A DNA stretch of 61,730 nt. Source: Kiritimatiellia bacterium. Lineage in GTDB: Bacteria; Verrucomicrobiota; Kiritimatiellia; RFP12; UBA1067. The stretch covers positions 1 through 61,730 of the forward strand of contig JAFXST010000089.1 in the NCBI GenBank assembly GCA_017525475.1. Direction: 5' to 3'. The notes under the pieces are model-generated. The model saw only the letters and a list, made by a program, of their open reading frames with translations, made no database searches and was not told the DNA's origin. Positions 52,356 to 61,730 of this stretch are shown piece after piece (position 1 is the stretch's first letter; the number at the start of each line of letters is the position of its first letter). The translations under genes were made by a program, and so were the position numbers.

Positions 52356-53531
52356 ATGCGCAAGGCACAACCCAACAGAATCGAGCGGCTCGAGAGTTAC
52401 CTGGTGAAACTTATCCAGGAAAAGGGAGCCGACGAGAACCAGCCGCTGCCGATCGTGTTGCTGTTGGGGCTCCTGAAGGGCATCAGCCTCATATTCGCCA
52501 TGGTGGTGGCGCTGCGCTACCGTCTTTACCATGCCGGGCTCTTGCGCAGTTTCCCGCTGGGCATCCAGGTGATCTCCATCGGCAACGTGACCGCCGGCGG
52601 CACCGGCAAAACCCCGGTTACCGAAATCTTCGCGCGCACGCTTTGCGCCCAGGGCCGCAAGGTAGCCATCCTTTCGCGCGGCTATCGCCGCAAAGAGGCG
52701 CCGTGGTACCGCCGCATGCTTACCCAGGTGATCGATCCGCCGCTCGTGGTGTCGGACGGCCGCCACGTCCTTCTCGATTCGGCCGTCGGCGGCGACGAAC
52801 CCTACATGCTCGCCTCCAATCTGCCGGGCGTCGCCGTGCTGGTGGATCGCAACCGGGTCAAGGCCGGGCGCTACGCCATCAAACGCTTGGGATGCGACAC
52901 CATCATTCTGGACGATGGCTTCCAGTACCAGAAGCTCAAGCATTCGATCGAGGTGGTGCTGGTCGATTCCACCAATCCGTTCGGCAACGGCAACATGCTG
53001 CCGCGCGGCATTCTGCGCGAACCGGCCCGGCATCTGAAGCGCGCCGACATCATCTTCCTCACCAAATGCCGCGGCGACGTGGAAGCGGTCAAGGCGGAAA
53101 TCCGCAAATACAACCAGACCGCCGAAATCGTCGAATGCAACCACACGCCCAAAATCCTCAAGGACGTGTGGAGCCGCGAGGAGTTTCCGCTCGAATGGCT
53201 GCAGGGCAAGACGGTCTGCACGCTGTCGGGCATCGCCTCGCCCAAGGGCTTCGAGAACAGTCTGAGGACGCTGGGCGCCAAGGTGGTGTGGTGCGAGCGC
53301 TACGCCGACCACCATCGCTACGACTCCTCCGAAATCCTCTATGCGCTCAACCGCACGGCCGACATGGGGGCTGATGCGCTTATCACCACCGAAAAGGACG
53401 CCGTGCGCTTCCCGCGTCTGGAGACGGCGCCGGTCAAGTGCCTATACGTGCGCATCGCCATCGAGATCCTGGCCGGGCACGAGAACTTCGACGACATCAT
53501 CAACCGGATCTGCTTCAGGAAAACGCGATGA
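52356..53531 (+). CDS. lpxK: Tetraacyldisaccharide 4'-kinase
   Basis: P-loop GNVTAGGTGKTP followed by SRGY. Confidence 0.88.
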   Translation: MRKAQPNRIERLESYLVKLIQEKGADENQPLPIVLLLGLLKGISLIFAMVVALRYRLYHAGLLRSFPLGIQVISIGNVTAGGTGKTPVTEIFARTLCAQGRKVAILSRGYRRKEAPWYRRMLTQVIDPPLVVSDGRHVLLDSAVGGDEPYMLASNLPGVAVLVDRNRVKAGRYAIKRLGCDTIILDDGFQYQKLKHSIEVVLVDSTNPFGNGNMLPRGILREPARHLKRADIIFLTKCRGDVEAVKAEIRKYNQTAEIVECNHTPKILKDVWSREEFPLEWLQGKTVCTLSGIASPKGFENSLRTLGAKVVWCERYADHHRYDSSEILYALNRTADMGADALITTEKDAVRFPRLETAPVKCLYVRIAIEILAGHENFDDIINRICFRKTR

Positions 53532-55105
53532 AGAAAACCGGCGGAATCCTCAAGAACGCATTTACCGTGGGCGCTTTCACCGCGCTGTCGCGGGTGTTGG
53601 GGCTGGTGCGCGAAATGATGCAGTCGCGGCTTATCGGCGCGGGCATCGAACAAAGCGCGTTCACGTTGGCCTTCGCCATCCCCAACATGGCCCGCAAGCT
53701 GTTCGGCGAAGGGGCGCTCACGGCGGCGTTCGTGCCGGTGTTCAAAAGCGAGGCCGAAACCGGCTCCATTGAGCGGGCGGCCAAACTGGCGCGCGCCGTG
53801 ATGACCATGGTATTGTTGATGCTCGGCTCGCTGGTGCTCCTGTCGATGGGCGTGTTGGAAACGGTCGTCAAATTCCGCGCCGAACTGGGGCTCAACGACA
53901 TGGCCCGGCTCAAGCTCACCATCCGGCTCGTCAAGACGCTCCTCCCGTATATGATTTTTATCTGCGGGGCGGCGTTCGGCATGGGCGTTTTGAACTCGCT
54001 CGGCCGCTTCAAGGCCGCCAGCTTCATGCCGTGCCTCCTCAATTTCTGCTGGATCGGCATCCTGGCCTGGATCAGCTTTTTCCCCGAGATGCGCCTCGAC
54101 CAGCGCATCCACCGGGTGGCCATGGCCATTCTGGTCGCCGGCGCGCTGCAGATGGCGTTTCTCTTCTGGCGCATGCACGTATCCGGCGTCAGCCCCGTTC
54201 CGACCTTGAAAGGGTGGTTCGAACCCAAGACCTTGCTCGTCTGGAAAAACCTGGGGATCGCCGCTTTGGGCGCCGGGGCGATCCAGATCAACTACATGCT
54301 CGACCAGATTCTGGCGCAGATCGCCTCGCCCTGGGCGGCCGGGGTCATCGGTTACGCCGAACGGCTCATGGATTTGCCGCTCGGCATCATCGGAGTGGCG
54401 TTCGGCACGGTGCTGTTGCCCACCTTCGCGGGGCTGTTCGCCAAGCGCGACGTGGACGAGGCGCGCAGCGCCCTCGCATCTTCGGTCAAGTCGATGATGT
54501 TCGTCATGATCCCCGCCGCGTTCGGAATGTTCGCGCTCTCCGGCCTCATCACCCAAGTCATCTACGAGGGCGGCAGTTTCGGCCCGGAGGCCACCTTGCG
54601 CGTCGGCCGTGCCTTGGCCGTCTATTCGCTGGGGCTCGGCTTCTTCGGTTTCCAGAAGTCCATGGTGCCCTGGTTCCAGGCGCAAAACGACATGAAGACC
54701 CCGCTCAGGGTGTCGGTGGCGACGGTAATCCTCAACGCCGCGCTCAATATCCTCGCGGTGGTGGCGCTGCCGGAAGAGTGGCGCCACGTGGGGCTGGCGG
54801 CCAGCACGGTCGTCTGCGCGCTGGTGGGGTGCGTACTCCTGGTCGTCAAGGCGCGGCGGAAAAACGGGCGTACGGGGCTACGTACGATCTGCCTGCCGAT
54901 GGCCAAAATCGCGTCGGCGGCCGCCGCCATGGCGCTTGCCATCTGGTGCCTGAGGCCGTTAGTCGCCGGGCTCGGCCGCATCCTGGAATTGGCGGTGCTG
55001 ATCGCGGCGGGCGGCGGCGTCTACTTTGCGGCGGCGGCCTTGGCGATGCGCCAGGAACTGCGCGATTTCCTCGCCTCCCGCAAGCGGCGACAAGCGCGGA
55101 CATAA
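53528..55105 (+). CDS. murJ: Lipid II flippase MurJ (MviN)
   Basis: ATGA overlap with lpxK. N-terminus SRVLGLVREMMQSRLIGAG...FTLAFAIPNMARKLFGEGALTAAFVPVF. About 14 TM segments. Confidence 0.9.
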   Translation: MKKTGGILKNAFTVGAFTALSRVLGLVREMMQSRLIGAGIEQSAFTLAFAIPNMARKLFGEGALTAAFVPVFKSEAETGSIERAAKLARAVMTMVLLMLGSLVLLSMGVLETVVKFRAELGLNDMARLKLTIRLVKTLLPYMIFICGAAFGMGVLNSLGRFKAASFMPCLLNFCWIGILAWISFFPEMRLDQRIHRVAMAILVAGALQMAFLFWRMHVSGVSPVPTLKGWFEPKTLLVWKNLGIAALGAGAIQINYMLDQILAQIASPWAAGVIGYAERLMDLPLGIIGVAFGTVLLPTFAGLFAKRDVDEARSALASSVKSMMFVMIPAAFGMFALSGLITQVIYEGGSFGPEATLRVGRALAVYSLGLGFFGFQKSMVPWFQAQNDMKTPLRVSVATVILNAALNILAVVALPEEWRHVGLAASTVVCALVGCVLLVVKARRKNGRTGLRTICLPMAKIASAAAAMALAIWCLRPLVAGLGRILELAVLIAAGGGVYFAAAALAMRQELRDFLASRKRRQART

Positions 55106-55125
55106 ACGATTTATCAAGTTTATGG

Positions 55126-55154
55126 TTGCAATCGACGGCGATTTTTGGTATAAT
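55126..55154 (+). promoter_or_regulatory. Putative promoter of infC-psd-pssA...
   Basis: TTGCAA (55126-55131), a 17-nt spacer ending in TGG, then TATAAT (55149-55154) followed by A. Confidence 0.55.
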
Positions 55155-55195
55155 ACGCTAGAAACCACGACAAGTTCAACCTCAAAAAGGAGTTA

Positions 55196-55768
<573 letters not shown>

Positions 55769-55769
55769 C

Positions 55770-56468
55770 ATGGAAGAATCCAAACCCGATTTCAGCAACA
55801 AGGCGTATTTGCTGCCGCACATCAACCCCGAAGGCGTCAAGTTCGGCGCCATCGCGCTCTGCGCGGCCGTGGTGGTCGCGGTGTTGGCTGGGCACATCCC
55901 GTTCCTCGCGTATTTCGTATTGCCGCTTTTCCTGCTGGCGTACGGCGTGTTCCTCTTCTTCCGCGATCCCGATCGCTACCCGCCCGAAGACGAAAAGGCC
56001 ATTCTCTCGCCCGCCGACGGGCGCGTGTGCCTGATCGAGGAGTGCGAGCTCCCCGACGGCCTCCAGGGCGAGTCCAGACATTGGCGCGTGTCGGTGTTCA
56101 TGTCGGTCTTCAACGTGCACGTCAACCGCATGCCCACCGCGGGCGAGATCCTCAAAAAGGAATACATCGCCGCCGGCAAATTCTTCAACGCCAGCCTCGA
56201 CAAGGCCAGCAAGGAGAACGAGCGCTGCAACTATCTCGTCAAGGCCGACAACGGCCAGATCTACGGCGTCACCCAGATCGCCGGCCTCGTCGCCCGCCGC
56301 ATCGTGCCGCAGGTCGAAGACGGCCAGAAGCTCCTGCGCACGCAGCGCTTCGGCCTCATCCGCTTCGGCTCGCGCCTCGACGTGTATCTCCCCGAGGGCG
56401 TCAAGCCCGAAGTGCGCATCGGCCAGATCATGGTGGCCGGCGAAACCGTATTGGGGCACCTTGCCTAA
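55770..56468 (+). CDS. psd: Phosphatidylserine decarboxylase proenzyme (short type)
   Basis: FMSVFNVHVNR, and a G-S-R self-cleavage-type site (RFGSRLDVYLP). Confidence 0.8.
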   Translation: MEESKPDFSNKAYLLPHINPEGVKFGAIALCAAVVVAVLAGHIPFLAYFVLPLFLLAYGVFLFFRDPDRYPPEDEKAILSPADGRVCLIEECELPDGLQGESRHWRVSVFMSVFNVHVNRMPTAGEILKKEYIAAGKFFNASLDKASKENERCNYLVKADNGQIYGVTQIAGLVARRIVPQVEDGQKLLRTQRFGLIRFGSRLDVYLPEGVKPEVRIGQIMVAGETVLGHLA

Positions 56469-56469
56469 G

Positions 56470-57318
56470 ATGAACGCCGAAGAAGAATACGCGCCCATCA
56501 GCGACACCGAGCCGGAAGTGCCGCTAAGGGCCATCGTGCCCAACCTCGTCACTTCGCTCGCGGTCTGCGCCGGCATCACCTCGATTTCGTTTTCGAGCGA
56601 AGGGCGGTTTCCCGAAGCGCTCACGGCGCTGTTCGTGGCGTGCATCTGCGACGGCCTCGACGGCCGCATCGCCCGGCTCCTCAAGGCCTCGTCCAAGATG
56701 GGCGCCGAGCTCGATTCGCTCGCGGATTTCGTCAACTTCGGCGTGGCCCCGGCCATGTTCATGTACTACTGGATGACGGGCGGCCCCGCGCACACGCTCA
56801 CCGACGGCTCGTGCGTCTCGCCCGTGCTGGTGCGCCTTACGCTCGGCGCGGCCTTGTTCTACGCCATGTGCGATTGCTTCCGCCTCGCGCGGTTCAACAC
56901 CATGCTCGAAAAGCCCGCCGCCCCCTACTGGAAGCATTTCTTCACCGGCGTGCCCGCGCCCGGCGGTTGCTGGATGGTGCTTACCCCGGCCATCATTTCG
57001 CTGGCGCTCAAGGCCAAGGAAGTTTCGCCCGTCCTCGCCGATCTCCTGCAGAACCCGTATCTCGGCATTTTCATGCTGCTCTTCGTGGGTTCGCTCATGG
57101 CTTCGCGCCTGCCGACCGTCAGTCTCAAGAAAATCCACATCTCGCGCGCGTACCTATTGCCGGTAATGGCGGCGCTGGCGCTGGCGATCGCGCTGCTGGT
57201 CACCAACTTCTGGCTCACCATCGGGATCATCGGGATCGCCTACATCCTCACCGTGCCGGTCTCCTGCTGGGCGTTTTGCCGCGTCAAGGCCAGGTACGAG
57301 GCCCAATGCGCTTCGTAG
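56470..57318 (+). CDS. pssA: CDP-diacylglycerol--serine O-phosphatidyltransferase
   Basis: CDP-alcohol phosphatidyltransferase motif DGLDGRIARLLKASSKMGAELDSLAD. ATG 56470 is preferred over TTG 56461. Confidence 0.85.
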   Translation: MNAEEEYAPISDTEPEVPLRAIVPNLVTSLAVCAGITSISFSSEGRFPEALTALFVACICDGLDGRIARLLKASSKMGAELDSLADFVNFGVAPAMFMYYWMTGGPAHTLTDGSCVSPVLVRLTLGAALFYAMCDCFRLARFNTMLEKPAAPYWKHFFTGVPAPGGCWMVLTPAIISLALKAKEVSPVLADLLQNPYLGIFMLLFVGSLMASRLPTVSLKKIHISRAYLLPVMAALALAIALLVTNFWLTIGIIGIAYILTVPVSCWAFCRVKARYEAQCAS

Positions 57319-57923
57319 TCACGGCCGGTCCCACGCGCGAATATCTCGACGCGGTAAGGTTCCTGTCCAATCCGTCCACCGGCAAAATGGGCTTTGCCGT
57401 CGCCGCCGCGGCGGCCGGGCGCGGCCACGAAACGGTGCTGATCGCCGGCCCCGTAAACCTCCCCACCCCCAAGGGAGTCAAGCGCATTGACGTCGTGAGC
57501 GCGCGCGACATGCTTAAAGCCGTCCACGCATCGCTCACGGGCGACAGCGTCCTGGTGGCCACGGCGGCGGTCGCCGATTTCCGCCCCAAGGTCTGCTCCA
57601 AGCGCAAGCTCCACAAGGCCGAGATAGCCCGGCAAATCGAACTTGTCCCCAATCCCGACATTCTCAAAACCGCCAATGCGCGGTTCAAGGTGGGCTTCGC
57701 CGCCGAAACCGATGCGGTCGAGGCGAGCGCTGCGGCCAAGTGCCGCGCCAAGGGCTTGCGCCTCATCGTCGCCAACGACGTTACCCGGCCCGGCGCCGGT
57801 TTTGCCGCCGACACCAATATCGCGAGTTTCGTGTCTCCCGACGGCACGACGGAAAAACTCCCCCTCATGACCAAGCGCCGCCTCGCCGCCAAGCTGGTGG
57901 AAAGGATCGAATCATGGTCCTGA
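57306..57923 (+). CDS. coaB: Phosphopantothenate--cysteine ligase (stand-alone CoaB domain)
   Basis: VVTAGPTREYLDAVRFLSNPSTGKMG and AAVADFRP. No CoaC flavoprotein domain is attached. Confidence 0.8.
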   Translation: MRFVVTAGPTREYLDAVRFLSNPSTGKMGFAVAAAAAGRGHETVLIAGPVNLPTPKGVKRIDVVSARDMLKAVHASLTGDSVLVATAAVADFRPKVCSKRKLHKAEIARQIELVPNPDILKTANARFKVGFAAETDAVEASAAAKCRAKGLRLIVANDVTRPGAGFAADTNIASFVSPDGTTEKLPLMTKRRLAAKLVERIESWS

Positions 57924-59158
57924 AAAACGCCTGGGCGATGAAGGGCCACGCGTTCGTGCGCGAGGACGTGGCGATCGGCGAAGACGGCCTTATCGCCGAG
58001 GCGGCCGGCGGCGAAACGATCGACTGCGCCGGGTGTCTGGTGATGCCGGCGCTCGTCAACTGCCATGGCCACACGGCGATGACGCTCGTGCGCGGGCTCG
58101 GCACGGGGCTGCCGCTGCAGCGGTGGCTCAACGAGGCCATTTTCCCGGTGGAGGCCAAGATGACGCCCGGGGATATCGCGTGCGGCATGACCTGGGGAGC
58201 CCTCGAGATGCTTGCGGGCGGCACCGCGACCGTGGCCGACATGTACGACTTTCCCGAGGCGGGCGCGGCGGCGCTGAGCCAAGCCGGCATGAGCGGCAAT
58301 CTCTGCCGCGTGGGTCTCGATTTCGGGGGCGGCAATCCCCCCGGGCGGCTCGAGGAGTGCGTAAAATTCGTCGCCGCCCCGCAGCCCGCCAATATCGTGG
58401 CCGACTTTTGCCTCCATAGCGAGTATCTGACTACGCCCGGCTTCTGCCGCGCCCTGGCCGAAGCCAACCAAAAGTTCCGCCGCCCGGTGCACGTGCACGT
58501 TTCCGAAACCGCGCTCGAGCATGCCGAGTGCATCGAGCGCCACGGCAAAACGCCCATGCGCTACCTGTGCGATCTGGGCGTGTTCGACTATGGCGGCTAT
58601 GCGGCCCATTGCGTCTACGTTACCGACGAGGATTTGGCGCTCATGCGCGAAAAGGGCGTAACTTTGGTGCACAACCCCACCAGCAACCTCAAGCTCGGCT
58701 CGGGCGTCGCCCCCGTCGCCAAGGCGCTGGCCATGGGGGTGAACGTGGCTCTCGGCACCGACGGCTGCGCCTCCAACGACAATCTCGACATGTTCGAGGA
58801 GATGCACCTCGCCTCGCTCCTCGCCAAGGGCATGGCCAAAGACCCCACCGTGCTTACGGCCTGGGAGGTCATCGACATGGCCACCGTCAACGGCGCCAAG
58901 GCGTTGGGCTACGCCGACCGGGGTGCGATCGCGCCGGGCATGCGGGCGGATCTGGCGGTGGTGGACCTCAAAAAGTTCCACCTCGATCCCGTGCTCGACC
59001 TCGCCAATCTGATCGTCCACTCGATGCACGCCTCCGATGTCGCGATGACGATCGCGGGCGGCCAGGTCGTGTACGATCGCGGGCGCTTCCCGCAACTCGA
59101 CGTAGATGCGGCCCGCGCCGGTTTCGAAGCGAGCGTCAAGCGGCTTTTCGCACGCTAA
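57914..59158 (+). CDS. Amidohydrolase, MtaD/SAH-MTA deaminase-like
   Basis: Metal-binding NCHGHTAMTLVRG, plus HVSE and GTDGCASNDNLDMF. Confidence 0.7.
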   Translation: MVLKNAWAMKGHAFVREDVAIGEDGLIAEAAGGETIDCAGCLVMPALVNCHGHTAMTLVRGLGTGLPLQRWLNEAIFPVEAKMTPGDIACGMTWGALEMLAGGTATVADMYDFPEAGAAALSQAGMSGNLCRVGLDFGGGNPPGRLEECVKFVAAPQPANIVADFCLHSEYLTTPGFCRALAEANQKFRRPVHVHVSETALEHAECIERHGKTPMRYLCDLGVFDYGGYAAHCVYVTDEDLALMREKGVTLVHNPTSNLKLGSGVAPVAKALAMGVNVALGTDGCASNDNLDMFEEMHLASLLAKGMAKDPTVLTAWEVIDMATVNGAKALGYADRGAIAPGMRADLAVVDLKKFHLDPVLDLANLIVHSMHASDVAMTIAGGQVVYDRGRFPQLDVDAARAGFEASVKRLFAR

Positions 59159-59160
59159 CC

Positions 59161-60489
59161 ATGTTCAAAGTCCGCTCCTATCTCCTCGACATCAGCCGCG
59201 ACCGCGTGCCCACCTTCAAGACGCTCAAGGAGCTGGTCGATCTGCTCGCCCGGTTCGACTACAACCAGCTCCAGCTCTATATGGAGCACACGTTCGCCTA
59301 TCGGGGGCACGAGAGCGTATGGGAGGAGGCCGATCCGCTCGACGAGGCCGAAATCCGCAAGCTCGGCCTTTATTGCGAGCTTAACGGCATCGAGCTCGTG
59401 CCGTGCCAAAATACGTTCGGCCACATGGAGCGGTGGCTCGTCAACCCCAAGTACAACCACCTCGCCAAATTCCCCAAAGGCGGGGCGATGACGCCCTGGG
59501 GGACGATCAAGAAGTTCCCCACCACGCTCGACCCGGCCAACCCCGGCGCCATCGCGCTCGTCAAGGATTTGCTGGGGCAGCTGCTCCCGTGCTTTAGCTC
59601 GCCCCTCGCCAACATCTGCTGCGACGAAACGTTCGAAATCGCCGATCCCGGGGAATATCTCGGCTTTCTCCTCAAGGTATGCGACGAAGTGCGCGCGCTC
59701 GGCAAGCGCCCCATGTTCTGGGGCGATATCGTCCTCAAGCACCCCGGGCTCATCGCGCGCCTCCCCAAAGATCTGATCGCGCTCGACTGGGGGTACGAAG
59801 GCAACCATCCCTTCATGAAGGAGGCCGAGGCGTTCCGCAAATCGGGGCTCGAGTTCTACGTCTGCCCCGGCACTTCCAGCTGGCGCAGCCTCGGCGGCCG
59901 GGTGGAGAACATGCGCGAAAACCTCGAGGCGGCCGAGCGGGCCGGGCGGCTCTACGGGGCCACGGGCTATATGGTCACCGACTGGGGCGACGAGGGCCAT
60001 TGGCAGCCGCTCGCCTGTTCGCTCCCCGGGCTCATCATGGGCGGCGCTTTCGCCACCAGCGGCGCCAAGGCCGCCAAGATGGATCTGGAGCAGGAGCTCA
60101 ACCGGGTTATGGATGCGCCCTTGGGCGGACTCCTCCTCAAGCTGGGCACGCTCTACCTGCGCGGCGGCGCGCTCAAGGCCAACTGTTCGGAACTTTTCAA
60201 CATTCTCCTGAACGGCCACGGCTATTCGCGCCACCCCGGCCTTACCGACGCCGTTCTGGACGAGATCGGCGGCATCGCCGCGGGCGTGCGCATCGCCGCC
60301 GGGCGCTACGCCGACGACAATCTCTGGGCACGCGAAATCGTCTATATGGCCAATTTGATCGACTGCGCCTGCCACCGCCGCGACGAATCGCGCCTTAGGG
60401 CCTTGCGCGCCGAACACGGGCAGCTCTGGCGCCTCCGTTCGCGCGAGGGCGGCCGGGTCGATTCGCTCGCCAAACTGCCGCGTTTTTGA
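59161..60489 (+). CDS. Glycoside hydrolase family 20-like protein (beta-N-acetylhexosaminidase catalytic-domain type)
   Basis: TIM-barrel start LLDISRDRVPT, QLYMEHTF, IELVPCQNTFGHM, and CCDETFE (corresponding to the GGDE catalytic region). Confidence 0.65.
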   Translation: MFKVRSYLLDISRDRVPTFKTLKELVDLLARFDYNQLQLYMEHTFAYRGHESVWEEADPLDEAEIRKLGLYCELNGIELVPCQNTFGHMERWLVNPKYNHLAKFPKGGAMTPWGTIKKFPTTLDPANPGAIALVKDLLGQLLPCFSSPLANICCDETFEIADPGEYLGFLLKVCDEVRALGKRPMFWGDIVLKHPGLIARLPKDLIALDWGYEGNHPFMKEAEAFRKSGLEFYVCPGTSSWRSLGGRVENMRENLEAAERAGRLYGATGYMVTDWGDEGHWQPLACSLPGLIMGGAFATSGAKAAKMDLEQELNRVMDAPLGGLLLKLGTLYLRGGALKANCSELFNILLNGHGYSRHPGLTDAVLDEIGGIAAGVRIAAGRYADDNLWAREIVYMANLIDCACHRRDESRLRALRAEHGQLWRLRSREGGRVDSLAKLPRF

Positions 60490-60514
60490 GGTTTTAAACT
60501 ACAGGAACCGTAAA

Positions 60515-61072
60515 ATGAAGAAATATCTCTCCAATAACGAATATCTCGAAGACACCTGGGCCTTGGCCGCCCAAATCCGCAACAGCGGCTGGCGGCCAGA
60601 TATCCTCATCGCCCTCTGGCGCGGCGGCGCGCCGGTGGGCGTGGCCGTGCACGAGTTTTTCAAGGCTACCGGGTGGCAGGTGCAGCATATCCCGCTCAAG
60701 TGCTACTCCTATAGCGGCATCGGCCAGAACGAAGGCTCGGTGGAGTTTACCTTCGGCGGGCAGATTTTCGGCATGCTGCGCGCCGGCGACAAGGTGCTGG
60801 TGGTCGACGACGTCTTCGACACCGGCAAAACCGCCCAGGCGATCAAGGACAAGATCTCCCGGCTCGGCATCGACGTGGACATGCGCATGGCGATGGTCTA
60901 CTGGAAGCCCAACAAGAACCGCACGGCGATCAAGCCCGACTATTACGTGCGCCATCTCGACGACCAGTGGATCGTCTTCCCCCACGAGCTGGAAGGGCTT
61001 ACCGAGGCGGAAATCGCCGAAAAAGACCCCAAGCTCGCCCGCTTGGTGGCCGACGCGGTGCGGAACCAATAG
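60515..61072 (+). CDS. Purine phosphoribosyltransferase (Gpt-like)
   Basis: PRPP-binding motif VLVVDDVFDTGKTA. LWRGGAPVG and DQWIVFPHE parallel the Gpt layout. Confidence 0.7.
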   Translation: MKKYLSNNEYLEDTWALAAQIRNSGWRPDILIALWRGGAPVGVAVHEFFKATGWQVQHIPLKCYSYSGIGQNEGSVEFTFGGQIFGMLRAGDKVLVVDDVFDTGKTAQAIKDKISRLGIDVDMRMAMVYWKPNKNRTAIKPDYYVRHLDDQWIVFPHELEGLTEAEIAEKDPKLARLVADAVRNQ

Positions 61073-61098
61073 AAAAATTTCGCGCCGGCGCGTAAGAA

Positions 61099-61139
61099 GT
61101 GCGTTCCCCCAAGGCAATATGGGGTAGAAAGGAACGCAC
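61099..61139 (+). promoter_or_regulatory. Inverted repeat GTGCGTTCC-N23-GGAACGCAC overlapping the RBS of the next gene
   Basis: Perfect 9-bp arms at 61099-61107 and 61131-61139. The right arm covers the AAGGA SD (61129-61133), 2 nt before ATG 61142. An inner CCCC/GGGG pairing is possible. Confidence 0.6.
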
Positions 61140-61141
61140 AC

Positions 61142-61600
61142 ATGAACAAGTCAATCGTCTGCGCCTTGTGCGCATTGTTGAGCGTGGCGGCGGTGGCCGC
61201 CCCGAGAGGCCCGGCGCCCCGGCGTCACGCACCCAAGGCCGTGCACCATTTCCGGCCGGCGCCCCGGCACCATCACCACCACCATGCCGAAGTCGGCCTG
61301 GTGGGCGGATTTGTCGGCGGCGTGGTGGGGAGCCTCGTCTACGATGCGATCGTGCGCCCCGAGCCGGTGGTGGTAAGCCCCGCCCCGGTCGTGGTGGCCC
61401 AACCCGCGCCCGTGGTGGTGTCCCAGCCGGCGCCGGTGGTGGTAAGTTCCGCTCCGGTAGTGGTCGAAGCCGCCCCCGCCGCCCAGGTGGAGCGCGTCTG
61501 GGTGGGCGGCCGGTACGTGGACCAAGTGCAGGCCAACGGCTCGATCGTCCGCGTCTGGCAACCCGGCCACTGGGAAGAGCGCCTCGTCGTCGTGCGTTAG
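61142..61600 (+). CDS. Small secreted protein with a His6 run and PAPVVV tandem repeats
   Basis: Signal peptide MNKSIVCALCALLSVAAVAAP. HHHHHH, then four or five copies of (S/A)PAPVVV(A/S)(Q/S), and C-terminal RVWVGGRYVD...VRVWQPGHWEER. Confidence 0.65.
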   Translation: MNKSIVCALCALLSVAAVAAPRGPAPRRHAPKAVHHFRPAPRHHHHHHAEVGLVGGFVGGVVGSLVYDAIVRPEPVVVSPAPVVVAQPAPVVVSQPAPVVVSSAPVVVEAAPAAQVERVWVGGRYVDQVQANGSIVRVWQPGHWEERLVVVR

Positions 61601-61657
61601 CGCGGCGCCCGGGCATCGGGCGGTTGGCTGACCACAGAAAGTAGGCGCTACGGGGGA

Positions 61658-61663
61658 TATAAT
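61658..61663 (+). promoter_or_regulatory. Isolated TATAAT-A -10 element near the window end
   Basis: The same perfect TATAATA as at the other 11 promoters, but there is no clear -35 and the target gene lies outside the window. Confidence 0.3.
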
Positions 61664-61730
61664 ACACGCCAAACCGCTATTGAGGGGCTCGAGATACGTT
61701 CCCGCGGACAAAAGTCCAAGGTTCGTCCCC

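Overview
GC-rich bacterial chromosome segment. My spot counts on single 60-nt lines give about 75% GC inside ilvB and about 48% inside the island. The Gram-negative envelope genes (lptD, lpxK, an lpxL-like gene, murJ) and a giant autotransporter-repeat protein suggest a PVC-type organism (Kiritimatiellota, Lentisphaerota or Verrucomicrobiota-like); this is inference only. Every convincing gene except mfd is on the + strand, and about ten neighbouring gene pairs overlap by ATGA or GTGA. Core content: pckG (partial), pfk, rlmB, mfd(-), a truncated V-type ATPase cluster (E, DUF2764-like, A), a frameshifted PurH-N-terminal-like gene, an LpxL-family acyltransferase, a ClC channel, two lipoproteins, ilvBN, etfBA plus a long acyl-CoA dehydrogenase plus an unknown 653-aa protein, an orphan ABC permease, nfo, panC, serS, tRNA-Val, uppP, secDF, prfB, a DUF721 gene, a family-5 SBP, tsaB, an rluA-family gene, dtd, ung, mreBCD-mrdA-rodA-rng-lptD-lpxK-murJ, infC, psd, pssA, coaB, an amidohydrolase, a GH20-like gene, a PRTase and a small secreted His/Pro-rich protein. 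Accessory content: an AT-richer mosaic island (about 11.76-22.22 kb) lies between the ClC gene and tRNA(CAT). It holds an AAA+/DUF4143 ATPase cassette bracketed by 232-bp direct repeats, a 1588-aa secreted repeat protein with a membrane-protein partner, and a three-gene mini-cassette (including a DUF4160-like gene) bracketed by a duplicated gene-end-plus-terminator. No integrase, transposase, rep or par gene is visible anywhere in the window. The most unusual feature is about 1 kb of apparently non-coding DNA (21.1-22.2 kb). It is built from consecutive tandem arrays that all keep a 22-23-bp register but use unrelated core motifs: 5x GTGTCCGG-N3-CCGGACAC, 5x CATCCCGAT, short GGGTCCGG/GATTTG and GTTGCYCTAGG pairs, and 7x TTCTCC-RY-GGAGAC. 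The design is iteron-like or centromere-like, but no cognate gene is nearby. Other recurring signals: a very rigid promoter (TTGACA-like, N17-18, usually TGn, then TATAATA) at 12 sites; two promoter-tRNA-ORF units with gaps of only 9-12 nt; and a GAACGCA motif family. No rRNA, CRISPR array or recognisable IS element was seen.
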